Shown: piece by piece, positions 7,838-17,400 of the stretch
Layout: every line of letters starts with the position of its first letter
Numbering within the stretch: position 1 is the first letter of the stretch
Origin: Candidatus Margulisiibacteriota bacterium
GTDB taxonomy: Bacteria; Margulisbacteria; WOR-1; O2-12-FULL-45-9
Assembly: GCA_041658745.1 (NCBI GenBank)
Contig: JBAZZP010000003.1
Coordinates: 83,423 to 147,422 of the forward strand
Direction: 5' to 3'
Length of the DNA stretch: 64,000 nucleotides
Made by a program: the position numbers and the translations under genes
Notes under the pieces: generated by a model
The model's input: the letters and a program-made list of their open reading frames with translations, nothing else
Database searches by the model: none
What the model was told of the DNA's origin: nothing

Positions 7838-9203
7838 TTACAAATCAACAACTTCTCTTGCCATTGGAACCGTAATTGATTTTGTTGGCAACGTCCTAGC
7901 AAAACGATTCATGGCATCAAGTCTTCCATGACATATAACGTACTTTTGAGCATCTGTGTTTCTTAAAAAATGATCAAGGGGCCCGGAATAGGGATGATCA
8001 AATCCAGGAGGCATTTTAAAAGCCGCTCCTGCCTGTTCGGCGGTCATTCCTAATAGTTTAGCAATTTCAGGATCCAAACAAGTTTTGGGGGGGGAGGAGA
8101 AGCACTCCGCCATCAGCAGCAATCTCTCTAACAAATCTGGTTAACTGAAAAGTGTTTTGGGAAACCCCTGTAAAATTTCGTGTCCTCGTTAAGAATATGG
8201 CTCCTCTATAGTCTCTAGGGTTAAAATTTTTACCGGCGGGTTGCATGGAACTAAAATATTCTCTAAGTTCGGAGCTTTTTCTCCCAAATTTTGCTTTATA
8301 TTCTGGCGTAAAATAGCTGAAATATCTTAGCATTACACGCATCAATTGGTCTGTAAAAAGCTCATGACAGGTATCATTGTCAGTTCTGCCAACACGCTCA
8401 TGATCAAAACAAATAACCGGTTTGGTTGGAAAATCGCTATTTTTTGATCGCATCAAACCAATACAGTGCAAAACAAACTCAAAAGCAAGCCCCCCATAAT
8501 CAATATCAACTAGCACATTCCTCCCACCTGTCAGAGCCTGTTGTAATGATTTAGTTATCAGCCTTAATTCATTAAAATAATCTGGCTCGGGAACCCAAAG
8601 AAGGCTTGCCTCGGAGATAATAGCACGAGCACTGCGCTGTTCATCTGGCAAGTTAAAGGGAGGAAAGACTTTTCTCGCTCGATCTGACCAGTCACCAGTA
8701 AAAACGATCTTCCCGCCGGGATCATCAATCGCTATAGCCGCTGATCCCAGCATATGTCCCGCCGGGAATAAAGTAACAACTGCTGCTTCATGACGCCTTC
8801 CAACACAAGGCAGTTGCAGAATATATTCTTTTCCATAATCAAGCTCAATAATTCTATTTGATTGTAAAAGGGCTCGATCGGCAGCATTTTTACTAAAAAA
8901 TAGAGCTATTAAACGACGTGTTGCCGGAGTACATACTACCTGAGCCTCCCTGTTGGCTCGCATAGCCGAAGCCAACCCCCCCGCATGATCTGGATGGGCG
9001 TGTGAAACAAAAATCAAACGACAGTTTGAGAGAGAAGGAAATTCTTGTCTTTCTAAAGGGGTTCCGGGGTCAAGAAGATACCTATTCCCTCCACTTTCCA
9101 AAACATGCGTATTCCTTGCTGCCCCACTATGCAAACTTCCCCTGTAAGAAACAAAGGACATTGGTCTCTGTTTAACAATTGGTTTTATTCTTGGTGGTAC
9201 CAT
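7838..9203 (-). pseudogene. MBL-fold beta-CASP-like hydrolase split by a frameshift in a C8 (coding-strand) homopolymer
   Basis: ORFs 8067..9203 (VSHAHPDHAGG, FPAGHMLGS, FTGDWS) and 7838..8134 (..YVICHGRLDAM) overlap at the G8 run 8087-8094. Removing one base joins ..LLLPP to KTCLDPEIAKLL.. into one reading frame of ~455 aa. Confidence 0.6.
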
Positions 9204-9214
9204 ATCAGTAAAGT

Positions 9215-9241
9215 ATCATGAATAAATAGCAATAATTTCAC
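9215..9241 (-). promoter_or_regulatory. ECF-sigma-like promoter box GTGAAAT-N16-TGAT, 11 nt before the beta-CASP MBL ATG
   Basis: The coding strand reads AGTGAAAT-tattgctatttattca-TGAT-actttactgat-ATG. There is no SD. Confidence 0.5.
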
Positions 9242-9315
9242 TTTTTCAATTGCAGATTAATTGAATACAGGCTAAAATAGTCTCGGATAGAAGGGGCATT
9301 CTTTTAGGAGAAATT

Positions 9316-9762
9316 ATGTCAGACATAATGGTTGTAGCTAATTTATTAATTTCTTTTCTGCTGGGGGGAGCAATTGGCTGGCTGAGAGAAATAGAAGGCA
9401 AAACTGCTGGGCTCAGAACTCACATTTTGGTCGCGGTTGGTTCCACGCTATTTACCATTCTATCCATGGAAATGATGAATATTTCCGGCAGCTCAGATCC
9501 CGGCAGATTAACCGCGGGAATAGTTACCGGAATTGGTTTTATTGGCGCTGGCTGTATTATTCAAGCTGGGGGCGGAGTAAAAGGAATAACCACGGCTGCA
9601 TCAATCTGGGTTGTGTCTGCGATCGGCGTTGCAGCCGGAATGGGTTATTATGTCGCCGCTGTTGCCACCACCGTTATTTCACTTTTCACCATTCAAGTCC
9701 TCGGCCATGCCGAACATCGGGTAATGAAAAGCAAAGAAAGGGAAGAAGCAAAAAAAGGATAA
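9316..9762 (+). CDS. MgtC/SapB family membrane protein
   Basis: 148 aa. Motif LLGGAIGWLREIEGKTAGLRTHILVAVGS. SD TAGGAG lies upstream. Confidence 0.8.
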   Translation: MSDIMVVANLLISFLLGGAIGWLREIEGKTAGLRTHILVAVGSTLFTILSMEMMNISGSSDPGRLTAGIVTGIGFIGAGCIIQAGGGVKGITTAASIWVVSAIGVAAGMGYYVAAVATTVISLFTIQVLGHAEHRVMKSKEREEAKKG

Positions 9763-9765
9763 AAT

Positions 9766-10443
9766 ATGTTTTATTATGATCCAACTTTTCTATTAATCAT
9801 CCCAGCCCTCCTCTTAGCCTTGTTTGCCCAATATAGAGTTAATTCTACTTATGCCAATTATTCCAAAGTACCCGCTTCCATTGGCATAACTGGCGAAGCG
9901 CTGGCTGAAAGAATATTGGCTAATCAAAATTTACTGATAAAAGTAGAATCCGTAGCCGGCGAGCTCTCTGATCATTATGATCCAACAGCTAAGGTTTTGC
10001 GCTTATCAAAAGGAGTCTATTCTGGCAATTCGGTAGCAGCGATGGGAATTGTTGCTCACGAAATCGGCCACGCCATGCAGGATGCAAAAGCTTATATGCC
10101 CCTAAAACTGCGTAATAATTTTGTGCCAGCGGCCAATTTTGGCACCAATTTTGCCTTTCCGCTCTTTTTTGTCGGGATCATTGCCGGCTTCCCCTTTCTG
10201 ATGGATTTGGCCATTCTGCTTTTTACTTTTGCCGTTGTTTTTTCCGTTATCACCTTGCCGGTTGAATTTAATGCTAGTAAAAGAGCTATGGCATTATTGT
10301 CCGACGGACATTATTTAACCAGCCAAGAACTCCCGATGGCCAAAAGCGTCCTTTCAGCTGCGGCTTTAACCTACGTTGCTGCCACGGCTATGGCAGTGTT
10401 AAACCTCATTCGTCTCCTTATTTTGCGCCGCTCTAGAGATTAG
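9766..10443 (+). CDS. YugP-like putative neutral zinc metallopeptidase (membrane)
   Basis: 225 aa. HEIGHAMQ (HExxH) between TM segments. The N-terminus MFYYDPTFLLIIPALLLALFAQ is typical of the Zn_peptidase_2 family. Confidence 0.75.
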   Translation: MFYYDPTFLLIIPALLLALFAQYRVNSTYANYSKVPASIGITGEALAERILANQNLLIKVESVAGELSDHYDPTAKVLRLSKGVYSGNSVAAMGIVAHEIGHAMQDAKAYMPLKLRNNFVPAANFGTNFAFPLFFVGIIAGFPFLMDLAILLFTFAVVFSVITLPVEFNASKRAMALLSDGHYLTSQELPMAKSVLSAAALTYVAATAMAVLNLIRLLILRRSRD

Positions 10444-10468
10444 GCCACAAGCTTTCCTGCAAAAAAAA

Positions 10469-10495
10469 GCGAAATTTACTCTTCTATTTTTCGAT
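10469..10495 (+). promoter_or_regulatory. ECF-sigma-like promoter box (variant GCGAAAT-N16-CGAT) upstream of the NTase-fold gene
   Basis: Reads GCGAAAT-ttactcttctattttt-CGAT, then 20 nt containing a GGGAG SD before the ATG at 10516. Confidence 0.4.
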
Positions 10496-10515
10496 ATATG
10501 CTTGGGAGAAAGTTT

Positions 10516-11760
10516 ATGTCTAAAATTCGTTTAGCAAAATTTGATCAAACTTATTTACAAATTTGGCGCGGCCAAAACCGAGAAAAAGCAAGCGCAATTC
10601 GCGAAAAAGCTTTGACTAGCGCTAAAACTGGCACCTCGCTCCTACCAATAATTGCTGAACAGCATGATTTTATTGTGGGCGGGATAAATCAAGCATTAAA
10701 GGGAATAACTGAGCCATCAATTGATATTTTAGACGAGAAAGTAATGGTACTTGTTTCCGGCAGCATAGCTAGACTGAGCTGTGTCCCAGGGTCGGATATT
10801 GATCTTGATGTAACCTATCCAGATTCTGAGAGATCCCGTTTTCTCCCGCTAGAAAAGGCCCTTTTTCAGAATATTCGGTGGCTCTTTGAATTCCCCCAAG
10901 AAAGGATTGGCACCAATGTGCATTCACACATCAGCCATACGATTTTTAAAAGATTTCCGCCTAAAATGCCTATAATTGCGGGTCTCCGGAAATTTGGCTG
11001 GCGATCTGGGATTGCCCATATTATTCGGCGCAGTTTATTTCATTGCCGAGCTCTAGAAAAACGGTTACGGGGAAAAAGCGAATCATCGGCCTTTTTAGAG
11101 CGGGCTTATTTTCAGCTGTTTCAACTGGAGCGTAGACTGGCTTTTAGAGAATTTGGGACGATTTGCTCTGGCCTATTAGAACGCTACTCGGAGAAGCAGG
11201 CACTTTCCCTTTACAATTTTGACACCCCATATAATATTGAAAATATCTTTGGGCCATCAGAAAGATTTTTGGCTTACATAGAACAACGTGAGTCGGCCGT
11301 AAAAGCAATTTCACAAGGTCGATTACGCGGCATTGCCATTAACTTGCAAAGACAAGGCCATGCACATAGAAACATTGCATCATCATTACCGGCCTTAAAT
11401 GATTTATATGATTTTCATCGGCAAGTTAAACATGACATATTAATAAATTTCTATTATTTGCTCACCTTTGAAAAAATGGTTGGCATAGACCTATTAGGCG
11501 CCGACAGAGAAAAAGCTTTTGAAGCTTACCAGATGTTGTTAAGGATAAAGGCTGTAATGAATATTTTAAGCCAACCAAAGCCAACGCTTGCCCCTTGCGA
11601 TGAGAGAATGTTTCCCATTACCGACCCATTTCTGCAAAGTACTGCGGTTTTCTTCGGTTGTCATTCCAAGCTAGGGCTTTTTAATTTGATAACACAAGAA
11701 AGTGATACTCTTTTACAAATAATTGAGGCTGCCTATAATCGCTATTTGGCCATGTTATAA
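10516..11760 (+). CDS. nucleotidyltransferase-fold protein (Pol-beta superfamily, GlnD/GlnE-like NTase motif) with helical C-terminal domain
   Basis: VLVSGSIARLSCVPGSDIDLDV fits the G-S..x(n)..D-x-D NTase motif. I prefer the ATG at 10516, which has a GGGAG SD, over the track start at 10498. Confidence 0.45.
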   Translation: MSKIRLAKFDQTYLQIWRGQNREKASAIREKALTSAKTGTSLLPIIAEQHDFIVGGINQALKGITEPSIDILDEKVMVLVSGSIARLSCVPGSDIDLDVTYPDSERSRFLPLEKALFQNIRWLFEFPQERIGTNVHSHISHTIFKRFPPKMPIIAGLRKFGWRSGIAHIIRRSLFHCRALEKRLRGKSESSAFLERAYFQLFQLERRLAFREFGTICSGLLERYSEKQALSLYNFDTPYNIENIFGPSERFLAYIEQRESAVKAISQGRLRGIAINLQRQGHAHRNIASSLPALNDLYDFHRQVKHDILINFYYLLTFEKMVGIDLLGADREKAFEAYQMLLRIKAVMNILSQPKPTLAPCDERMFPITDPFLQSTAVFFGCHSKLGLFNLITQESDTLLQIIEAAYNRYLAML

Positions 11761-11768
11761 TTTAATAA

Positions 11769-12671
11769 ATGCAAACCATTATCCTTTTAGGTCCTACTGC
11801 CGTTGGAAAATCAAAAGCGGCCGTTGAGCTCGCCCTTCAAATCAACGGCGAGATAATTTCCGCCGATTCGATGCAAGTCTATCGCGGCATGGATATTGGG
11901 ACCGCCAAACCGACCAAAGAAGAACAAAAAGGCATTCCCCACCACCTAATTGATATTCGCAACCCTGAAGAAAGCTGGACAGTCTCTGATTTTGTCGAAC
12001 AATCCAACCATCTAACCATCCAACTCTCCTCAAAAGGCAAAACGCCAATCATTGTGGGAGGCACGGGACTCTATTTATGGACCCTAATTAATGGCTATAA
12101 CTTTGCCGGAATTAAATCGGATGAAGCCATCCGGAAACGATTAGAGGAGCTTCCTCCCTCTACGCTCTATGCTCAACTTTCTACGGTCGATCCCCTTTCT
12201 GCCCAAAAAATCCATCCCCACAACAAAAAAAGAGTTATGCGGGCATTGGAAGTGTTTGAATTAACCGGGGAACCGATTTCGAAGCAGCAAGAAAAATTGG
12301 CAAACGGCAAACAGCTAACAGCAACCATTATCGGATTAACTCTGCCTCGCAACCAACTTTACGAACACATCGAACAGCGAATAGAAAATATGATAAAAGC
12401 GGGACTAATTGATGAAGTCAAAGGACTTCTAGACAAGGGATATTCGAAAGGGCTTACTTCTATGCAAGCCCTGGGATATAAAGAAGTGGTTGAATTTTTA
12501 GAGGGACGATGGGATCGAGAAAAATTGATCTATGAGCTCAAAAAACGCACTCGCCACTTTGCCCGCCGGCAAATGACCTGGTTTAGACGCTTCAGAAACG
12601 TTCAATGGATCGATGCAACCCCTGAAAATTTGAATAATCTGGCAAAGTTTGCTAGAATAGAGGAATGGTAA
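11769..12671 (+). CDS. miaA: tRNA dimethylallyltransferase
   Basis: Motifs LLGPTAVGKS, ISADSMQVYRGMDIGTAKPT and RRQMTWFR. Confidence 0.92.
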   Translation: MQTIILLGPTAVGKSKAAVELALQINGEIISADSMQVYRGMDIGTAKPTKEEQKGIPHHLIDIRNPEESWTVSDFVEQSNHLTIQLSSKGKTPIIVGGTGLYLWTLINGYNFAGIKSDEAIRKRLEELPPSTLYAQLSTVDPLSAQKIHPHNKKRVMRALEVFELTGEPISKQQEKLANGKQLTATIIGLTLPRNQLYEHIEQRIENMIKAGLIDEVKGLLDKGYSKGLTSMQALGYKEVVEFLEGRWDREKLIYELKKRTRHFARRQMTWFRRFRNVQWIDATPENLNNLAKFARIEEW

Positions 12672-12749
12672 GACTTAGAAAACAAGAAATCGACCGCCGC
12701 CGCAAACGCCGCAAAGAAAGCTTACGTGCCCGTGGGCTCTGGAAAGCTA

Positions 12750-14039
12750 CTAAGAAAAGCGCACATCAATCGCACGAGCATGCGCATCCAGCCCTTCAAT
12801 CTCAGCCAGCAGCCTAATATCTTTCCAAACATTCTTTAGAGCCGGTTTAGTATAGCCAATAATGCTCTGTGTTTTAACAAAATCATACACCCCAAGTGGC
12901 GATAAAAAGCGCGCAGTTCCCCCTGTTGGCAAGACATGGCTTGGTCCGGCGATATAATCGCCGACCGGGACAGGCGAATATGGTCCCAAAAATACCGCTC
13001 CCGCATTTCTAATTTTTTCCAAGAAACGCTGAGGAGACCCAATTTGCAGTTCTAAGTGCTCTGGCGCAATCTGGTTAGTTATTTCTACAGCATCTTTGAG
13101 GTTATCAACCACAAATATTTTTATTTCGGCACTTTCAATAATTTCCTTACGGGATAATTTCACGGTTTGCTTAATAATTTCCTTGCGGGTATTTTCGGCA
13201 ACCGCCTGAGAATCAGTTAATAATACGGCAAAAGAAGAAGGATCATGTTCAACCTGCGATAATAGATCAGCTGCCATAAATTCGGGCTCAGCATCTTGGT
13301 CAGCAATAATGACCACGTTTGATGGTCCAGCTAAACTGTCAATTCCCACCATCCCAAAGACTTGTTTCTTGGCGAGTGTGACATAAATATTACCTGGCCC
13401 AACAATTTTATCCACTCTTGGAATAGTTTCGGTACCAAAAGCCAGTGCCCCAATGGCCTGGGCTCCACCGACACGATAAACCTGGGAAACCCCAGCTTCG
13501 GCTGCAGCAACCAAAACATGCGGATCAACTGGCGGCGGAGTAACCACCACAATTTCTTTTACTCCGGCAACTTTGGCAGGAATGGCCCCCATTAATACAG
13601 ATGATGGATAAATGGCCCTACCGCCCGGCACATAAACTCCCACTCTGGCTAGTGGTATTAGCCGCTGTCCCAGCACAACATCGAGCGGCAAAGTTTCAAA
13701 CCATTCATCTGGTTTTTGTTTTTGATGAAAAGCAGTAATGTTTTGAATGGCCTTTGAGAGAGCATCCGTATAATCAGAATCTACTTTTAGATAAGCATCC
13801 TTAATCTCTTCTTGAGTAACTTTTATATTTTTAGCACTAAATTGGGAGGCTGCCGGTCGGCTAGCAGAAAAATCAAATTTTTGGGTATATTCAACCAGTG
13901 CCGCATCTTTGCGCTCAATAACATCCAGCAATATTTTTCTAACACTTTCTTCCTGCTGCGATACCAGAGAAAAGCTTTGCCGTGCAACGATTTTGGCTAC
14001 TTCTTCCGCTATTTTATCTTTCTGAAATAATTCGAGCAT
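12750..14039 (-). CDS. hisD: histidinol dehydrogenase
   Basis: 429 aa. Motifs GGAQAIGALAFGTE, IVGPGNIYV and APEHLEL. Confidence 0.92.
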   Translation of the reverse strand: MLELFQKDKIAEEVAKIVARQSFSLVSQQEESVRKILLDVIERKDAALVEYTQKFDFSASRPAASQFSAKNIKVTQEEIKDAYLKVDSDYTDALSKAIQNITAFHQKQKPDEWFETLPLDVVLGQRLIPLARVGVYVPGGRAIYPSSVLMGAIPAKVAGVKEIVVVTPPPVDPHVLVAAAEAGVSQVYRVGGAQAIGALAFGTETIPRVDKIVGPGNIYVTLAKKQVFGMVGIDSLAGPSNVVIIADQDAEPEFMAADLLSQVEHDPSSFAVLLTDSQAVAENTRKEIIKQTVKLSRKEIIESAEIKIFVVDNLKDAVEITNQIAPEHLELQIGSPQRFLEKIRNAGAVFLGPYSPVPVGDYIAGPSHVLPTGGTARFLSPLGVYDFVKTQSIIGYTKPALKNVWKDIRLLAEIEGLDAHARAIDVRFS

Positions 14040-14042
14040 TTT

Positions 14043-15107
14043 TTATATTCCAACCCGTGTTCCGCGCTTAATTAACGATCCGTCAGCTAAAACCAATCCT
14101 TCGCTTATATAAGACTCATCCTCAATAGTACACCCCTTGCCAACAATACAGTTTGAAAGGTGAACATGATTCCCAATCTTTGAACCATCCCAAACAATCG
14201 TCCTGGTTAGCAGGCAATGCTCTCCCACAGTAACGTTATTGCCAAGGACAACATAATCTTTAATTTCTGTCCCCTTTCCGATCCTTACTTTTTCTCCAAT
14301 TACCGATGGGCCGCTCAACCTAACACTTGCATCGGGATATGTATCTTTGGCAATCCAGGTTTTGTTATTCACCCGCGTTCCATCGATACGCACTGCTACT
14401 TCGCCGCGCAAGATTGCCTCATGCGCTTCTTGATATTTAGCCGGGTTGCCAATATCAATCCAATAAGCACTCGAAGAATAGCCATAGACAGCCTCACCGG
14501 AGGCAAGAAGTGACGGATATAGTTCTCTTTCAAAAGAAAAGGGAACACCGGCAGGAACACTAGCAAATATTTTGGGATCTACCACGTAGATGCCTGCATT
14601 GATATTATGGGTAGTTACTCTTTCCCAGCTGGGTTTTTCAATAAATTCAGTAACCCGCCCATCTTGATCGGTTAAAACCAGGCCAAAGGGAGTTGGATCT
14701 TCTACTTCGACCAACGTTAAGGTTACCCGCGCTTTTTTATCTTGGTGGAATTTTACTACTTTCGTAATATTAATATCGGTTAAAATATCGCCATTAAAAA
14801 TAATCATGGGTCCAGCATCAAAATATTTTTCAGCGTTTTTTACCGCCCCCGCCGTTCCCAGAGGGGATTCTTCAATTGAATAATGAACCTTAATTCCCCA
14901 TTTTCGACCATCATCAATTACCCTTTTTATATCTTGAGAAAGATAATGCAAATTTAGAATAACCTCATCTACCCCATGTCGCACCAGCTGCTCAATTTGA
15001 TGGATTACAAAGGGGATATTAACTAGCGGAACAATCGGCTTGGGGGTATTATGGGTCAGAGGTCGAAGCCTTGTCCCTAATCCACCAGCAATAATTACCG
15101 CCTTCAT
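14043..15107 (-). CDS. sugar-1-phosphate nucleotidyltransferase (mannose-1-P guanylyltransferase-like) with C-terminal left-handed beta-helix
   Basis: N-terminus MKAVIIAGGLGTRLRPLTHNTPKPIVPL, with hexapeptide repeats at the C-terminus. Its start overlaps the PGI/PMI gene stop. Confidence 0.8.
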   Translation of the reverse strand: MKAVIIAGGLGTRLRPLTHNTPKPIVPLVNIPFVIHQIEQLVRHGVDEVILNLHYLSQDIKRVIDDGRKWGIKVHYSIEESPLGTAGAVKNAEKYFDAGPMIIFNGDILTDINITKVVKFHQDKKARVTLTLVEVEDPTPFGLVLTDQDGRVTEFIEKPSWERVTTHNINAGIYVVDPKIFASVPAGVPFSFERELYPSLLASGEAVYGYSSSAYWIDIGNPAKYQEAHEAILRGEVAVRIDGTRVNNKTWIAKDTYPDASVRLSGPSVIGEKVRIGKGTEIKDYVVLGNNVTVGEHCLLTRTIVWDGSKIGNHVHLSNCIVGKGCTIEDESYISEGLVLADGSLIKRGTRVGI

Positions 15108-16171
15108 CTTTTCAGTTCCTTCTTAAGCCGCGTAATCGCATCAACTGGAGTAGGATCAATTTTTGAAACCAGCGGCAAATAAACACTGAGCAAATCACCA
15201 TAATAGATTAACGACAAAATTCGAGCTAATTTGCTTTGACCTTGAGAAAAGATTTCACTAAAGCCACCGAGCTGCCTCCCCAGTAGGGACTTGGTTATTT
15301 CGATGCGCTTTTTGTTTTTTTCGAGATCTTTCTCGTCCCGCAAAAATATTGCCATAAATTTATGACTATCACGTTTTAATTCATATAGGTTAACTATTTC
15401 GTTATGGTTCATTTCAGGCAAAACATAGAGAATGGCACAAGACTTACTATTCTCATTAAACTGACATTTTAGGCGCAAGCCGGCCGCCGCAGAGCTACCA
15501 GCAACTGTAAAAATTAGAGGAATTTTACCGACTAATTGCTGGGCTAGGCGCTTGGCTGGGTTATTGCGCATAGGGCGATTAATCCCTATTTCTCCGCGAA
15601 CTTTTTCAAGGACCAAGGTAGCCTCGTTAATGGCCTTATCCAGATTGCTAACTAACCCACTTTTCTGTAGCGCCTTAAGCAGGGCGATTAAAATGTAGGG
15701 AAGCGCCGCTCTGGGCTGAAAACCTGCTGGCAACATGAACGTTGGATATTTTCGCGCAGTTGCTATTTCTTTTAATTTCCCCCCGGCTGTAATACAAACA
15801 ATCCGAGCCCCTAGAGCCTCAGCCTCTTTTAGACTGGCAAGTGTTTCTTCGGTATCTCCAGAATATGAGATTGAAAAAAAGAGGGTCTCGTCGCCAACCA
15901 TCGCCGGAATACGGTAATTTCGGCAAACCTGAATGGGGACTTTTAAATCGGCAATCAATAAATCAGCAACGATATCACCGGCAATCGCTGATCCGCCCAT
16001 TCCGGAAATCACAATATTCTTTATTTTTTTTATCTTAGGAAATTTGGTGTTTTCATATAATGCTTCAGCTTTTTGCAAATGTTCGGGCATGGCAAGAGCA
16101 ATTCCCAACATGCCACTCTTATCAATTTTATTTATTTCATCTTGATTATCAATTACATCAATTTTATTCAT
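15104..16171 (-). CDS. bifunctional phosphoglucose/phosphomannose isomerase (SIS domains)
   Basis: Motifs ISGMGGSAIAGD, SYSGDTEET and C-terminal PTPVDAI. I prefer the ATG at 16171 (MNKIDVID), which overlaps the last codons of ctpA. Confidence 0.75.
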   Translation of the reverse strand: MNKIDVIDNQDEINKIDKSGMLGIALAMPEHLQKAEALYENTKFPKIKKIKNIVISGMGGSAIAGDIVADLLIADLKVPIQVCRNYRIPAMVGDETLFFSISYSGDTEETLASLKEAEALGARIVCITAGGKLKEIATARKYPTFMLPAGFQPRAALPYILIALLKALQKSGLVSNLDKAINEATLVLEKVRGEIGINRPMRNNPAKRLAQQLVGKIPLIFTVAGSSAAAGLRLKCQFNENSKSCAILYVLPEMNHNEIVNLYELKRDSHKFMAIFLRDEKDLEKNKKRIEITKSLLGRQLGGFSEIFSQGQSKLARILSLIYYGDLLSVYLPLVSKIDPTPVDAITRLKKELKR

Positions 16172-17363
16172 GGTTATTCGACTTAGCAATTAACTCTCGC
16201 AAAACTACTATCGCTTGTTGTAATTGGAGATCCTTGGTTTCGTCAAAGTTATCGCTTTCTAACCTCGCTTGAACTTCTTTGGTTGGAACCGTTACTTCGA
16301 TATTGGGAGAAATCCCCTTTTTGCTAATATATTCACCATTTGGAGTTAAATATTTGGCAATGGTAACCAAAACAGCAGAACCGTCATCCAATTGACGCAC
16401 ATTTTGCACAGAAGCTTTTCCAAATGTTTTAGTGCCTACCAAAGTAGCAATTTTATTGTCCCGCAGGGCTCCGGCTAGTATCTCCGAAGCAGAAGCTGAT
16501 CCACCATCAATTAAAACCACCACCGGCTTTGCCCACAAGACTCGCCCATTTGAACGCATTTGATCAGTTGTCCCATTCCGGTCAACTGTTTGCACAATCA
16601 CGCCATCTTCAATAAACATACTACCAATATCAATCGCTGCAGAAAGAAGCCCTCCCCCATTCCCCCGCACATCAATAATCAATCCGTTACGATTCTTCCC
16701 TTTAGAAAGAGCAGCTTGAAATTCTTCGGCCGATTTTAAGTTTTCAAAGGTGATTAGTTTAATATAGGCAATATCTTCCCCAAACTGTTTGCTTTCGCAG
16801 CTTTTTATCACTATTTTTTGACGAACAATTTCAATTATTTTGGGGTCATGCCAGCCATTTCGTTGGATTCCAAGTTTTACTGTGGTCCCTTGCTTGCCAC
16901 GAATCATACTAACAGCTTCTTCCAAGGCCATATCCTTGGTGTTTTTACCGTCAATTGTGACAATTTTATCGCCACTTTTTAATTTCTTGTAGGAAGGGGT
17001 TCCCGGAATTGGTGAAATCACAGAAAGCATATTTTCTTTTATGCCAATATAAATCCCAATGCCAGAATATGAACCTCCCATCCTAACCTTCATTTCTTTG
17101 AAGGCCGAAGGCTCCATAAAACGAGTGTAGGGATCATCTAAAGCAGCTAGTAAACCGCGGATCGATCCATAGACCAATTTTTTATTGTCTAGTTTTTTAT
17201 CGACATATTCATTTTTTACAATATCCAGCGCCTGCAGATAAGTTTCGAGGTCTCTTTCAAGCTGTTCTTCCGCCACTACTTTGCCAATGTAAAAAAAGCC
17301 CGCAGAAACAATTATAACCCCAACAATCAAATACTTAAATTTACTTAATATTTTTAGCATCAT
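16164..17363 (-). CDS. ctpA: S41 carboxy-terminal processing protease
   Basis: N-terminal TM segment, a PDZ region, and the motifs RGNGGGLL and SASASEILAGAL. Confidence 0.85.
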   Translation of the reverse strand: MMLKILSKFKYLIVGVIIVSAGFFYIGKVVAEEQLERDLETYLQALDIVKNEYVDKKLDNKKLVYGSIRGLLAALDDPYTRFMEPSAFKEMKVRMGGSYSGIGIYIGIKENMLSVISPIPGTPSYKKLKSGDKIVTIDGKNTKDMALEEAVSMIRGKQGTTVKLGIQRNGWHDPKIIEIVRQKIVIKSCESKQFGEDIAYIKLITFENLKSAEEFQAALSKGKNRNGLIIDVRGNGGGLLSAAIDIGSMFIEDGVIVQTVDRNGTTDQMRSNGRVLWAKPVVVLIDGGSASASEILAGALRDNKIATLVGTKTFGKASVQNVRQLDDGSAVLVTIAKYLTPNGEYISKKGISPNIEVTVPTKEVQARLESDNFDETKDLQLQQAIVVLRELIAKSNNHE

Positions 17364-17400
17364 TTATCCTTTCTTCTCATCATTATACTCTCTTTTTCCC

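Noticed and set aside
12665-12817. A 50-codon basic ORF (MVRLRKQEIDRRRKRRKESLRARGLWKA..) starting inside the miaA stop region.
   Set aside because: AGGA lies directly against the ATG, so there is no usable SD spacing, and there is no promoter. Its second half is simply the antisense of the hisD 3' end. I do not recognise the peptide (it is not Hfq, which often follows miaA).
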